Below, one piece after another: positions 52,578 to 61,892 of a DNA stretch of 64,000 nt. Location: positions 416,001 through 480,000 of the forward strand of contig CAVVEU010000040.1 in NCBI GenBank assembly GCA_963747235.1, read 5' to 3'. Each line of letters starts with the position of its first letter. Within the stretch, counting starts at the first letter, position 1. Origin of the DNA: an uncultured Candidatus Rokubacteria bacterium (GTDB lineage: Bacteria; Methylomirabilota; Methylomirabilia; Rokubacteriales; CSP1-6). Under the pieces are notes generated by a model. That model was given only the letters and a program-made list of their open reading frames with translations. It was not told the origin of the DNA and made no database searches. The position numbers and the translations under genes were made by a program.

Positions 52578-53524
52578 CGGGCGAGCGCATGAGGGCGGCG
52601 CCTCCCGCGGCCGACGCCCAGGCCCGCCTCGTCGAGGAGGGCCGCGATCGCCTCACGCGCCGCGGGCGACGCGGGCACGAGCGGCGGCGCCGGGCGGCCA
52701 TTGCCCAGCCCCAGCATGGCGCACGCGGCCTTGAGCGCGGACAGCCACGGCCCCTGCTGGTAGATCCGCGCGAGCGCGGTGACCTGCCGCTGGAGCTCCG
52801 CGCACTCCGGCGCCGCGCCGCGGTCGGCGGCGGCCTGCAGGCGGACGAAGAGCGCGGGCGCGAGATTGGCCATGCCCGGCACCATGCCGTCGCCGCCCTG
52901 CAGCAGGCTCGCGGCGGCCAGCGACTCGTGGCCCTGCAGCACGCGGAAGTGCGGGCGCTCCCGCTTGATCGCGAGCAGCTTCTGGAAGGCCTCGAAGTCG
53001 CCCGCCGAGTCCTTGATGCCGAGCACGCGCGGATCCCGGGCCAGCCGGGCCACCGTGTCGGCGGGCAGCACGTGGTGCGTGCACTGGGGAATGTTGTAGA
53101 GCAGCGCGGGCAGCGGCGTGGCGGCCAGCACCGCTTCCACGTGACGCTCCTGCGCGGCGGGCTCCACCCCGAAGTAGTACGGCGAGCCGACCACGAGCGC
53201 GTCCGCCCCTTCGCCCGCGGCCTGGCGGGCGGCCTCGACCGCGGGCCCGGTGGCGGGCAGCATCACGCCGGCCAGCACCGGCGCGCGTCCGGCGGCCGCG
53301 CGCGCCGCCTCCCGCACCACGGCGCCACGCTGCGCGGTGGTGAGCCAGGCGCCCTCGCCGCAGCCACCCAGCATGAACAGGCCGGAGCAGCCGCCGCCGA
53401 TCACGTGGTCCACCAGCGCGGCCATGGCGCCCGCGTCCGGCGCGCCCGCGTCGTCCAGCGGCGAGATCAGGGGTGGAATGATGCCGTGAAGCTGCCGTGC
53501 CCAGTTCCAGTCGCGCTCGCTCAT
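52574..53524 (-). CDS. DapA/NAL-family class I aldolase
   Basis: GIIPPLISP, LGGCGEG, LYNIPQ, GIKDSAGD. Confidence 0.88.
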   Translation of the reverse strand: MSERDWNWARQLHGIIPPLISPLDDAGAPDAGAMAALVDHVIGGGCSGLFMLGGCGEGAWLTTAQRGAVVREAARAAAGRAPVLAGVMLPATGPAVEAARQAAGEGADALVVGSPYYFGVEPAAQERHVEAVLAATPLPALLYNIPQCTHHVLPADTVARLARDPRVLGIKDSAGDFEAFQKLLAIKRERPHFRVLQGHESLAAASLLQGGDGMVPGMANLAPALFVRLQAAADRGAAPECAELQRQVTALARIYQQGPWLSALKAACAMLGLGNGRPAPPLVPASPAAREAIAALLDEAGLGVGRGRRRPHALAR

Positions 53525-53594
53525 ATCCGAGGAGCATAGCAGAGTGGCCTCGGCGGCCGCCCTGATGTAGGCTCTACCGGGAGGAGGACCCCTC

Positions 53595-54245
53595 ATGTTC
53601 GGTTTGAAGAAGCGTGGTTTGCCGTCGGCCGCCGAGGCGCTCCCCGGCCGCCAGGAGCGCATGCCGGTACCCGCCACCCACTTCGTGACCGGCGCCCGTC
53701 TCGAGCCGCCCTTCCCGGCGGGCACCGAGCGCGCCGTCTTCGGCATGGGCTGCTTCTGGGGCGAGGAGAAGAAGTTCTGGGGAATCCCGGGCGTCTACTC
53801 GACCTCCGTCGGCTACGCGGGCGGCCACACGCCGAACCCGACCTACGAAGAGGTCTGCAGCGGGGCGACCGGCCACACCGAGGCCGTGCAGGTCGTCTTC
53901 GATCCGGCCAAGGTGTCCTACGAGTCCCTGCTGCGCGTCTTCTGGGAGGGCCACGATCCGACGCAGGGCATGCGCCAGGGCAACGACGTGGGGACCCAGT
54001 ACCGCTCGGCCATCTACTGCTACGGGCCCGCCCAGCAGGAAGCGGCGGAGGCCTCGCGCAAGGCGTACCAGGCGGTGCTCGAGAAGGCGGGCTACGGTCC
54101 GATCACGACCGAGATCCGCCAGGCCCCCGAGTACTACTACGCCGAGGACTATCACCAGCAGTACCTGGCCAAGAATCCGTGGGGCTACTGCGGCGTCGGC
54201 GGCACCGGCGTCGCCTGTCCGACGGGTCTCGTGCAGTCCACCTGA
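53595..54245 (+). CDS. msrA: Peptide methionine sulfoxide reductase A
   Basis: [32 protein letters not shown]. Confidence 0.95.
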   Translation: MFGLKKRGLPSAAEALPGRQERMPVPATHFVTGARLEPPFPAGTERAVFGMGCFWGEEKKFWGIPGVYSTSVGYAGGHTPNPTYEEVCSGATGHTEAVQVVFDPAKVSYESLLRVFWEGHDPTQGMRQGNDVGTQYRSAIYCYGPAQQEAAEASRKAYQAVLEKAGYGPITTEIRQAPEYYYAEDYHQQYLAKNPWGYCGVGGTGVACPTGLVQST

Positions 54246-54265
54246 GGCGCCCGCCCGCCCCACTC

Positions 54266-55477
54266 GTGACCGACGACTCCCTGCCGCTGCACGGCCTGCT
54301 GGTCGTGGATCTGACCCGCGTGCTCGCCGGCCCCTACTGCACGCGCCTGCTCTCGGATCTGGGCGCCCGCGTCATCAAGATCGAGCGCCCGATCGAGGGT
54401 GACGAGATGCGCCACAACCCGCATCAGATCGAGGCCGGGCGCGACGACCAGTCCACCTACTTCGCGCGCGTGAACGCGGGCAAGGAGAGCGTGGCGGTGG
54501 ACCTGAGCCGGCCCGACGGGCGCGACGTGGTGCTCGGGCTCGCGGGCCACGCGGACGTGTTCATCGAGAACTTCGCGCCCGGCGTGGCCGGCAAGCTCGG
54601 CCTGGCGTACGAGGCGGTCCGCGCCGCCAAGCCCGACATCGTCTACTGCTCGATCTCGGGCTTCGGCCAGACCGGGCCGTGGCGCGAGCGCCCCGCCTTC
54701 GCCCACATCATCAACGCCGCCTCCGGCATGATGGCGCTCGAGCAGGGCGACGAGGCCGCCCCGCGGGCCTCGAATCTCCAGGCCGCGGACGTCCTGGCGG
54801 CCGCCCACGCGATGGGCGCGATCATGGCCGCGCTCTGGCGGCGGGCCCGGACCGGGCAGGGCGCGCACCTCGACGTCTCGATGCTGGAAGCGCTGGTCGG
54901 CGCCGACAGCGTCACCTACGCCTCGGTGCTGAACGGCGGCGAGGAGCACGGCAATCCGCGGCCGGGCATGATCGTGCACAAGCTCGGCGATCGCTACATG
55001 GCGATGCAGATCGTGGGGGCGCCGCGGCTCTGGCAGCGGCTGCTCGGGCTCATGAAGCGGCCGGAGCTGGCCGAGGATCCGCGCTTCACCACCGCGCTCA
55101 CGCGCCGGCGGCACTGGCGCGACCTGCGCTCGGTCATCACCGGGTGGCTCGACACGTTCCCCAGCGCGGACGCGGCGCTCGCGGTGCTCACCGCCGCGCG
55201 CATCCCCTGCGCCCCGGTGCTGCGACCGGCCGAGGTCATCGCCACCGAGCACCTGGCCACGCGGGGCTTCTTCCCGGTGCTGCCGCATCCGGGCCTGCCC
55301 TCGCTGCGCGTGACCGCCAGCCCGTATCACCTGGACGGACGCCCCACCCACCCCCGGGGCCCGGCCGCCTATCACGTGGGCCAGCACACGCGCGCCGTGC
55401 TCCGCGACGTGCTCGGCTACAAGGACGAGCGGATCGCGGAGCTCATCGCGGCGGGCACCGTCGAGGGCCCGGCGTGA
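54266..55477 (+). CDS. Family III CoA-transferase, close paralog of 41353-42558
   Basis: DLTRVLAGPYCTRLL, AFAHIINAASGMM, ASNLQAADVL shared with the paralog. Confidence 0.9.
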   Translation: MTDDSLPLHGLLVVDLTRVLAGPYCTRLLSDLGARVIKIERPIEGDEMRHNPHQIEAGRDDQSTYFARVNAGKESVAVDLSRPDGRDVVLGLAGHADVFIENFAPGVAGKLGLAYEAVRAAKPDIVYCSISGFGQTGPWRERPAFAHIINAASGMMALEQGDEAAPRASNLQAADVLAAAHAMGAIMAALWRRARTGQGAHLDVSMLEALVGADSVTYASVLNGGEEHGNPRPGMIVHKLGDRYMAMQIVGAPRLWQRLLGLMKRPELAEDPRFTTALTRRRHWRDLRSVITGWLDTFPSADAALAVLTAARIPCAPVLRPAEVIATEHLATRGFFPVLPHPGLPSLRVTASPYHLDGRPTHPRGPAAYHVGQHTRAVLRDVLGYKDERIAELIAAGTVEGPA

Positions 55478-55490
55478 GCTACCGGCGCAC

Positions 55491-55797
55491 ATGAACTACC
55501 GAGAAGAAGCGCTCCAGCGGACCGAGAAGGAGATCATCGCGGAGAAGGCGGCCACGCTCGGCCGCGCGGGCGAGCGCCTGGAGGCCGCCCTGCGCCTGGC
55601 CGCCGCAGCTGCACGACGCGATGCGAGAAGCACCCGAGGGCGACGCGCGGGAGCTCGCGCGCGAGCGGTACCGCCAGGCCCGGACGCGAGCTCTCGAGGC
55701 GCGCCGCATCCTGATCATCCAGCGTGAGGCGATCGGCCTCCGCAATCACCGCCTCGTGGATCAGCAATTCCCGGAGCCGCCCCGCCTCGACGTCTGA
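55491..55797 (+). CDS. Small helical hypothetical protein, indel near 55600
   Basis: EIIAEKAATLGRAGERLEAAL then, in another frame, LIIQREAIGLRNH..VDQQFPEP*. Confidence 0.6.
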
Positions 55798-55936
55798 TCG
55801 AGCAGAAATTTCCCGGTTGTCTCTGGGACTGACGCAATTCTCTTGACGCGACCACCGACCTAACACCCTGATTCTCCGACCCGTTCGTCCATGGCCTGCC
55901 TCTTGCTCCTCTGAGCGTCCGCGGAAGGAGCCTGCC

Positions 55937-56287
55937 ATGACCCGGGCCATCGTTCTGACGTGCACCGTTTTGCTATGCAGTGGATTTACATGGCCGCCCG
56001 ACTACGCCGAGCAGTCGCAGGCGGACGTGACCACGTGCGTGAGCTACGCGCAGCGAACCTCCCCCACCTTCGAGGCGCGAGTGCGCGGGGTGGACCTCCA
56101 GACCGGTCACGTGGACATCGAGCGCGCCGCCATCGACGACGCGCGAGGCGAGCGCGCGTTCTCGCGCTGCCTGCTCGCGGTGCGCCAGTGGCGTCTGATC
56201 GAGCGCAACCTGCCGAAGCCCGGCGAGCCTGGCGAGCCCGATCCGGCCACGATGGCCGGCGGAGGGCCCGATTCGCTGACCCGGTAG
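55937..56287 (+). CDS. Hypothetical secreted protein
   Basis: AAGGAG RBS; hydrophobic N-terminus; two Cys in the mature region. Confidence 0.6.
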   Translation: MTRAIVLTCTVLLCSGFTWPPDYAEQSQADVTTCVSYAQRTSPTFEARVRGVDLQTGHVDIERAAIDDARGERAFSRCLLAVRQWRLIERNLPKPGEPGEPDPATMAGGGPDSLTR

Positions 56288-56332
56288 GACAATCTCGGGG
56301 ACCCGCTGGCAGGGCGTGGTAGGCTCCCGCCC

Positions 56333-57254
56333 ATGAAGCTCGGGATCTGCCTGCCCCACTACGGACGTCCCATCGAGCCCTCGCGGCTCGCCCAGATCGC
56401 CGCCCGCGCCGAGGAGATGAGCCTCGACTCGATCTGGGTGACCGACCACGTCATCGTGCCGCGCGACGTGCCGCTGATCTATCGCAGCGACATGCTGGAC
56501 CCGCTCGCGATGCTGCCCTGGCTGGCCGGCGTCACCGAGCGCATCGCGCTCGGCACCAGCGTGATCGTCCTGCCCTACCGATCGCCCCTGCCCGTGGCCA
56601 AGCTCCTCGCCAGCGTGGACGTGCTCTCCGGCGGCCGCCTCATCGTCGGCGTCGCGGTCGGCTGGGTCGAAGGCGAATTCGACGCCCTCAACATCCCCTT
56701 CCGCGAGCGCGGCCGCCGCACCGACGAAGCCATCGAGCTCTTCCGCACGGTGTGGACCCAGGAATACCCCGAGATCAAAACCGCGAACCACACCCTGACC
56801 AACGTGAAGGCCTCACCGATGCCGCTCCAGAAACCGCGTCCCCCGATCCTGGTGGGTGGCGCCTCAGAGGCGGCCCTCCGCCGCGTCGCTCGGCTGGGCG
56901 ACGGCTGGCACGCCTCCGGCATGCCACCCGTCAACGTTCCGCGCCAGCGCCCTCGCCGTCGGAAACCTCTGGAAAGAAGCCAAGCGCGAAGGCGAGCCGC
57001 ATCTGAGCCTGCGCATCCCGATCCTGATCGACGGAGTCCATCAAGCCGCGGTCGACACCGCCCTGCTCGGCACGCGCCACGTCCTCCGCGGCCCACTTCA
57101 AAACATCGTCCGCGAGCTCCGCCAGTACCAAACCGCGGGCTGCGAGCACGTCGCGCTAGAAGTCAGCTACAGCACCTACCCCGCGATACTAGAAACGATC
57201 GACATCATCGCCGAGGAAATCCGCCCAGCCCTCGAACAGCAGCGCGAACGCTAG
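56333..57254 (+). CDS. LLM-class (luciferase-like, possibly F420-dependent) oxidoreductase, indel near 56935
   Basis: SIWVTDHV, LGTSVIVLPYRSP, SVDVLSGGRL, PPILVGG, RLGDGWH; C-terminus in a second frame. Confidence 0.85.
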
Positions 57255-57277
57255 GGAATCAAGAGACCACACGGGAA

Positions 57278-57453
57278 GGCGGCCGCCAGCCGGGCGGGGG
57301 TGGGGGGCATGGGGGTCGGTTCACCCGTTCCCCGCCAAGGCAAGCCAGGAAGCTCCCCAACCCGGATTGGGAACTCCTCCCCGCGGCAAGACGAAACAAC
57401 GTGTCGTGGTGAGAGACCCCCTGCCCCCCACCCCCGCCCGGCTGGCGGCCGCC
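57278..57453. repeat. Long G-tract inverted repeat (39-bp stem) enclosing a ~97-nt structured core
   Basis: 57278-57317 pairs with 57415-57453 except for one bulged T; lies between convergent genes. Confidence 0.85.
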
Positions 57454-57456
57454 GCT

Positions 57457-58542
57457 TCACGCGCGCAGCTTCTCCAGTCCCTTCCAGTCAAACTCAATGC
57501 CGTGGCCGAGGCGATCTGGCGCGATGGCGCGACCGTCTTCGATGCGGAGTGGGTTGGCGATGTAGCGGTCGAGCCCGAAGCCGTGCGCTTCGAGGTAGGA
57601 GCGGTTCGGGACGGCGCCGAGCAGGTGGACCGTGACGTCGTGAGCGCCGTGTGAGGTCACCGGGAGGTTGAAGGCCTCCGCGAGGTGGCAGATCTTCATG
57701 AATGACGTGATGCCGCCGCAGTTGGTGACGTCGGGCTCGGGGAAGGTCACGCCACCGGCCGCGATGAGCGCGCGGAACTCGTAGAGCGTGTGGAGGTTCT
57801 CGCCCGCCGCGATGGGCAGGCCCCCCTCGCGGACGATGCGGGCGTGGCCCGGGATGTCGTCGGGGATGGTCGGCTCCTCGAGCCAGACCGGGTTGAGGTC
57901 CTGGAGCGCGCGCGCCGCGCGGATGGCGTCGTCCACGCTCCAGCGCATGTTGGCGTCCACCATCAAGGGAAACTCAGGGCCCAGATGTCCGCGCATGGCG
58001 CGGACGCGCTCGACGTCCTCGCGGAGCGAGGGGCGGCCCACCTTCATCTTGATCGCGCGGAAGCCGCGGGCCAGGTTGTCGTCGGTCTGGCGCAGCAGGG
58101 CGTCGAGCGGGAACTCGAGGTCGATGCCGCCCGCGTAGCAGGGCACGCGCGGGTCGAAGCCGCCCAGCACGCGCCAGAGCGGGGCGCCCTGCCGCCGCGC
58201 GCGCAGGTCCCACAGGGCGATGTCCACCGCCGACATCGCGAAGCCCTGCGCGCCGCCGCGGCCGCCGTAGTGGAGCGCCCACCACATGGCCTGCCACAGC
58301 TCCTCGATACGCTCGGCATCGCGACCGGCCAGGCGGGGCGCCAGGTCCCGCGCGAGGATCGCGTGCACCGCGGCGCCGCCGGTGCCCACCGTGTACGTGT
58401 AGCCGACGCCCTCGGCGCCGTCCTCGTCGCGCAGGCGCACCGTGATCAGCTCGAAGCCCTCGATCACGCCGTGGGTGCTGTCGGAGAGCGCGACCGGCAG
58501 CGGGATGCGGTAGTGGTCGGCCCGCACCTCCTGGAGCCGCAT
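57457..58542 (-). CDS. Mandelate racemase/muconate lactonizing enzyme family protein
   Basis: SAVDIALWD, KMKVG, MVDAN, WLEEP, AAGEN, TSHG. Confidence 0.92.
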   Translation of the reverse strand: MRLQEVRADHYRIPLPVALSDSTHGVIEGFELITVRLRDEDGAEGVGYTYTVGTGGAAVHAILARDLAPRLAGRDAERIEELWQAMWWALHYGGRGGAQGFAMSAVDIALWDLRARRQGAPLWRVLGGFDPRVPCYAGGIDLEFPLDALLRQTDDNLARGFRAIKMKVGRPSLREDVERVRAMRGHLGPEFPLMVDANMRWSVDDAIRAARALQDLNPVWLEEPTIPDDIPGHARIVREGGLPIAAGENLHTLYEFRALIAAGGVTFPEPDVTNCGGITSFMKICHLAEAFNLPVTSHGAHDVTVHLLGAVPNRSYLEAHGFGLDRYIANPLRIEDGRAIAPDRLGHGIEFDWKGLEKLRA

Positions 58543-59522
58543 CAGGTCCCCAGCGCCGCGCGCTCGGCCTTCCGCGGCCGCCACGCGCCCATGAGGCTCC
58601 CGACGATACCCTTGGGCAGGAACACGATGAAGAGCACGAGCAGGACCCCGTAGACGAGGTTGTCCCAGCCCACCGCGCGGGTGCCGAACGAGATGCGCAG
58701 CACCTCGGCGAGGAGAATGGTGATGACCGCCCCCACGGTGGGCCCGAGCGAGACGTAGATGCCGCCCACCACGACCGCGAACACCATCTGCAACGAGATG
58801 GAGATGCCGCTCACGGTGTCCGGCGAGATGAACATCTGGTACTGGCAGTAGAGCGCGCCCGCCAGCGCGGTCATCATGGCGCTCAGGACCGTGATCTTGA
58901 GCTTCTCCGCGGTGACGTGCACCCCCGCCGCCGCGGCGCCGTCCTCGTCCTCCGAGATCGCCTCGAGCGCGTAGCGCATCATGCTGCGGTCCACCCGGTA
59001 CCATACGTACAGCCCCGCCCCCCAGACCGCGAGCGCGATGAGATACCAGGTGGTCTTGCCGGTGAACTGCAGGGCGTAGAGCGAGCTGCCCCCCTGGTGC
59101 CGCGTCGGGGTGTAGCCGAGCGAGCCCCCGGTGTGATCGCGCGTGGCCGTGATCACCTGCAGCACGATGCCGGACAGCGCGAGGGTGACCAGCGCGAAGT
59201 AGTGGCCGGTGATACGGAAGCGGAAGCACGGGTAGGCCACCAGCAGCGCCAGGATGCCTCCCGCCAGCAGGGCGAGCGGGATGCCGATCCAGGGCGTGAG
59301 GCCCGCGTGGTTCCACGCCAGCGCCGTCACGTACGCTCCGATGCCCATGAACCCGCCGTGGCCGAGAGAGACCAGACCGAAGCGCCCCATGACCGACCAG
59401 GACGTGTAGGCGAACGACCACAGCAGGATGACGACCATGATGTGGAGATGGTAGGGCTGCTGGTAGACGAACGGCAGAACGACCAGCCCCGCCCCCGCGA
59501 TCCAGCCCAGGTAGCGGGTCAT
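58542..59522 (-). CDS. livM: Liv-type ABC permease LivM-like
   Basis: GLVSLGHGGFMGIGAY, YFALVTLA, AISEDE..A, LPKGIVG. Confidence 0.88.
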   Translation of the reverse strand: MTRYLGWIAGAGLVVLPFVYQQPYHLHIMVVILLWSFAYTSWSVMGRFGLVSLGHGGFMGIGAYVTALAWNHAGLTPWIGIPLALLAGGILALLVAYPCFRFRITGHYFALVTLALSGIVLQVITATRDHTGGSLGYTPTRHQGGSSLYALQFTGKTTWYLIALAVWGAGLYVWYRVDRSMMRYALEAISEDEDGAAAAGVHVTAEKLKITVLSAMMTALAGALYCQYQMFISPDTVSGISISLQMVFAVVVGGIYVSLGPTVGAVITILLAEVLRISFGTRAVGWDNLVYGVLLVLFIVFLPKGIVGSLMGAWRPRKAERAALGT

Positions 59523-60388
59523 GACCGGCGGGCCATCAGGCCCTCGGGCCGCACGAACATCATCACGATGAAGAACACGAAGGCGAACACGTAGCCCCAT
59601 TCGAGATCGAGGTAGAGCCCGCCGAGAGAGATCAGCTCCGCGAAGACGAAGGCGGCCGCGAAGCCGCCCACGAAGTTGCCGAGGCCACCGAGCACGCAGA
59701 TCAGGAAGGTGATCGGCCCGAACGACAATCCCACGAACGGATGCACGTCGTACTGGAGCACGAGCAGGCAGGACGCGAGCCCGGCGAGCCCTCCGCCCAG
59801 CGCGGAGGTGATGAGGTAGATCCGTCGCGTATCCACGCCCATCAGCACCATGATCTGCCGGTCCTGGGCGATGGCGCGGATGGCCGCGCCGGTATACGTG
59901 CGGGTCAGGAGCAGGTAGACGAGCACCATCCCGATCAGGGCCGCCGCGAAGGCGAGCAGCCGGGAATAGCTGATGAACATGCCGGCCAGCTTCAGCACCG
60001 GCAGGCGCAGGCCCAGGTTGCGGAACTCGATGCTGAACAGCACGGTCGCGGCCGACTGCAGGAAGAACAGGACCCCGCCGGTGGCCAGGAGCTGATTGAT
60101 CGGCGCCGCGCCGAGCAGCGGCGCGATCACGAGCACGTGGAGCATCACCCCCAGGAGACCCACCCCCACGATGCAGACCACCGCCGCGGCGAGGATCGGC
60201 CAGTGATACACCGTGTAGAGGAAGTACATCCCGTACATGCCGAACATGATCAGCTCGGCGTAGCAGATCCAGACCACGTCGATGACACCGAAGACCAGGT
60301 TGAGCCCGAGCGACAGCAGCGCGAGCACGCCGCCCAGCAGCACGCCGTTGATGAGGGCCTCCAGCAGGAAGACGTCGAAGATGGCCAT
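59519..60388 (-). CDS. livH: Liv-type ABC permease LivH-like
   Basis: NGVLLGG, GLNLVFGV, IRAIAQD, LGGLGN, RPEGL. Confidence 0.9.
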   Translation of the reverse strand: MAIFDVFLLEALINGVLLGGVLALLSLGLNLVFGVIDVVWICYAELIMFGMYGMYFLYTVYHWPILAAAVVCIVGVGLLGVMLHVLVIAPLLGAAPINQLLATGGVLFFLQSAATVLFSIEFRNLGLRLPVLKLAGMFISYSRLLAFAAALIGMVLVYLLLTRTYTGAAIRAIAQDRQIMVLMGVDTRRIYLITSALGGGLAGLASCLLVLQYDVHPFVGLSFGPITFLICVLGGLGNFVGGFAAAFVFAELISLGGLYLDLEWGYVFAFVFFIVMMFVRPEGLMARRS

Positions 60389-60389
60389 G

Positions 60390-61094
60390 TCAGACTCCCA
60401 GGTAGGCCTCGCGGAGCGTGTCGCTCGACAGCAGCTCGGACGCGGGGCCGGCCGCGCGAATGCTCCCCGCCTTCAGCAGGTACGCCCGGTCCACCACCCG
60501 GAGCACCTGCCGCACGTTCTGCTCGACGATCAGCACGTTCAGGCCGCCGGCCCGGATCCGCTTCACGAGGTCGAACACCTGCTCCACGATGACGGGCGCC
60601 AGGCCCGCGGACGGCTCGTCCAGCAGGAGGAGCTTCGGATCCGACATCAGGGCGCGGCCGATCGCGCACATCTGCTGCTCCCCGCCCGACATGGTGCCCG
60701 CGAGCTGGCGACGGCGCTCGCGCATTCGCGGGAACAGGTCGTACACGAAATCGAGGCGCTCCCGGTACTTGGCCCGCGCCGACGGCAGGAAGCCACCCAT
60801 CTTGAGGTTGTCCTCCACGGTCATCCGCGGGAAGAGGCGCCGGCTCTCCGGCACGTGCGCGATGCCCACCGCCACGATGCGGTGCGCGGGCGTCGCGACC
60901 AGGTCCACCCCTTCCATGGCGATGGAGCCGGCGGTGGGCCGGATCAGCCCCGAGATCACCCGCAGGAGCGTGGTCTTGCCCGCTCCGTTGGGACCGATCA
61001 CCCCGACCGCTTCCCCGTGGCGGACCTCGAGCGAGACGTCGAACAGGGCCTGGAATCCGCCGTACCCCGCGCGGACCGATCGGAGCTCGAGCAT
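60390..61094 (-). CDS. livF: Liv-type ABC ATPase LivF-like
   Basis: [33 protein letters not shown]. Confidence 0.93.
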   Translation of the reverse strand: MLELRSVRAGYGGFQALFDVSLEVRHGEAVGVIGPNGAGKTTLLRVISGLIRPTAGSIAMEGVDLVATPAHRIVAVGIAHVPESRRLFPRMTVEDNLKMGGFLPSARAKYRERLDFVYDLFPRMRERRRQLAGTMSGGEQQMCAIGRALMSDPKLLLLDEPSAGLAPVIVEQVFDLVKRIRAGGLNVLIVEQNVRQVLRVVDRAYLLKAGSIRAAGPASELLSSDTLREAYLGV

Positions 61095-61097
61095 GGA

Positions 61098-61850
61098 TCA
61101 GAGGCGGGCGGCCGCGACCGCGCCGGCGGCGCCCGACTGGGTACCGAGGTACACCTCGATCACCCGGGGATCCGCCGCGACCTTCGCCGGAGTTCCCTCC
61201 GCGATCTTCTCGCCGTGATCGAGCACCATCACGCGGTCCACCACGCGCATCAGGACTCCCATGATGTGCTCGACCCAGATGATGGTGATCCCGAGGTCCT
61301 TGCAGATCCGGTGCAGCATCAGCGCGGCCTGATCCATCTCCTGCTCGTCGAGTCCGCTCAGGCTTTCATCGGCGAGCAGGAGCTTGGGCTCGGTGGCCAG
61401 CGCCTTCGCCAGCTCGAGCTTCTTGAGCGCGGCCGCGCCGAGCCCGTCCACCGTCGCCGCCGGGTCGGCGGGCAGGCCCACCAGCCCGAGGGCGCGCTCG
61501 GCGGACTCGAAGGCCCGGCGCCGGGAAGTCCGGCCCTGGCCGAAGAAGCCGGCGAGCACCACGTTCTCGAGCAGGGAGAGGCGACGGAACGGCCGCGGAA
61601 TCTGGAAGGTCCGGCCGATGCCGAGGTTGATGATCCGGTGCGGCGGCTGCCCGGCGATCTCGCGCCCTTCGAAGCGGATCGACCCCGCGTTGGGCACGAG
61701 CGCGCCGGAGAGCAGGTTGAAGATCGTGCTCTTGCCGGACCCATTGGGCCCGATCAGCCCGAGGATCTCGCCCGGCTCGACCTTGAACGACACCTCGTTC
61801 ACGGCCGTGAAGCCGCCGAAGCGCCGGGTCAGCCCCTCGACGGTCAGCAC
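61098..61850 (-). CDS. livG: Liv-type ABC ATPase LivG-like
   Basis: GPNGSGKST, GRTFQIPRPF, VEHIM, DPRVIEVYLG. Confidence 0.92.
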   Translation of the reverse strand: MLTVEGLTRRFGGFTAVNEVSFKVEPGEILGLIGPNGSGKSTIFNLLSGALVPNAGSIRFEGREIAGQPPHRIINLGIGRTFQIPRPFRRLSLLENVVLAGFFGQGRTSRRRAFESAERALGLVGLPADPAATVDGLGAAALKKLELAKALATEPKLLLADESLSGLDEQEMDQAALMLHRICKDLGITIIWVEHIMGVLMRVVDRVMVLDHGEKIAEGTPAKVAADPRVIEVYLGTQSGAAGAVAAARL

Positions 61851-61892
61851 GGCCCCACGCCAGGACAGATCACGCGATAGGTCCCGGCTCCG

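Noticed and set aside
57318-57414. Hammerhead ribozyme in the palindrome core (GACGAAAC)
   Set aside because: No CUGAnGA core found in a suitable position on either strand
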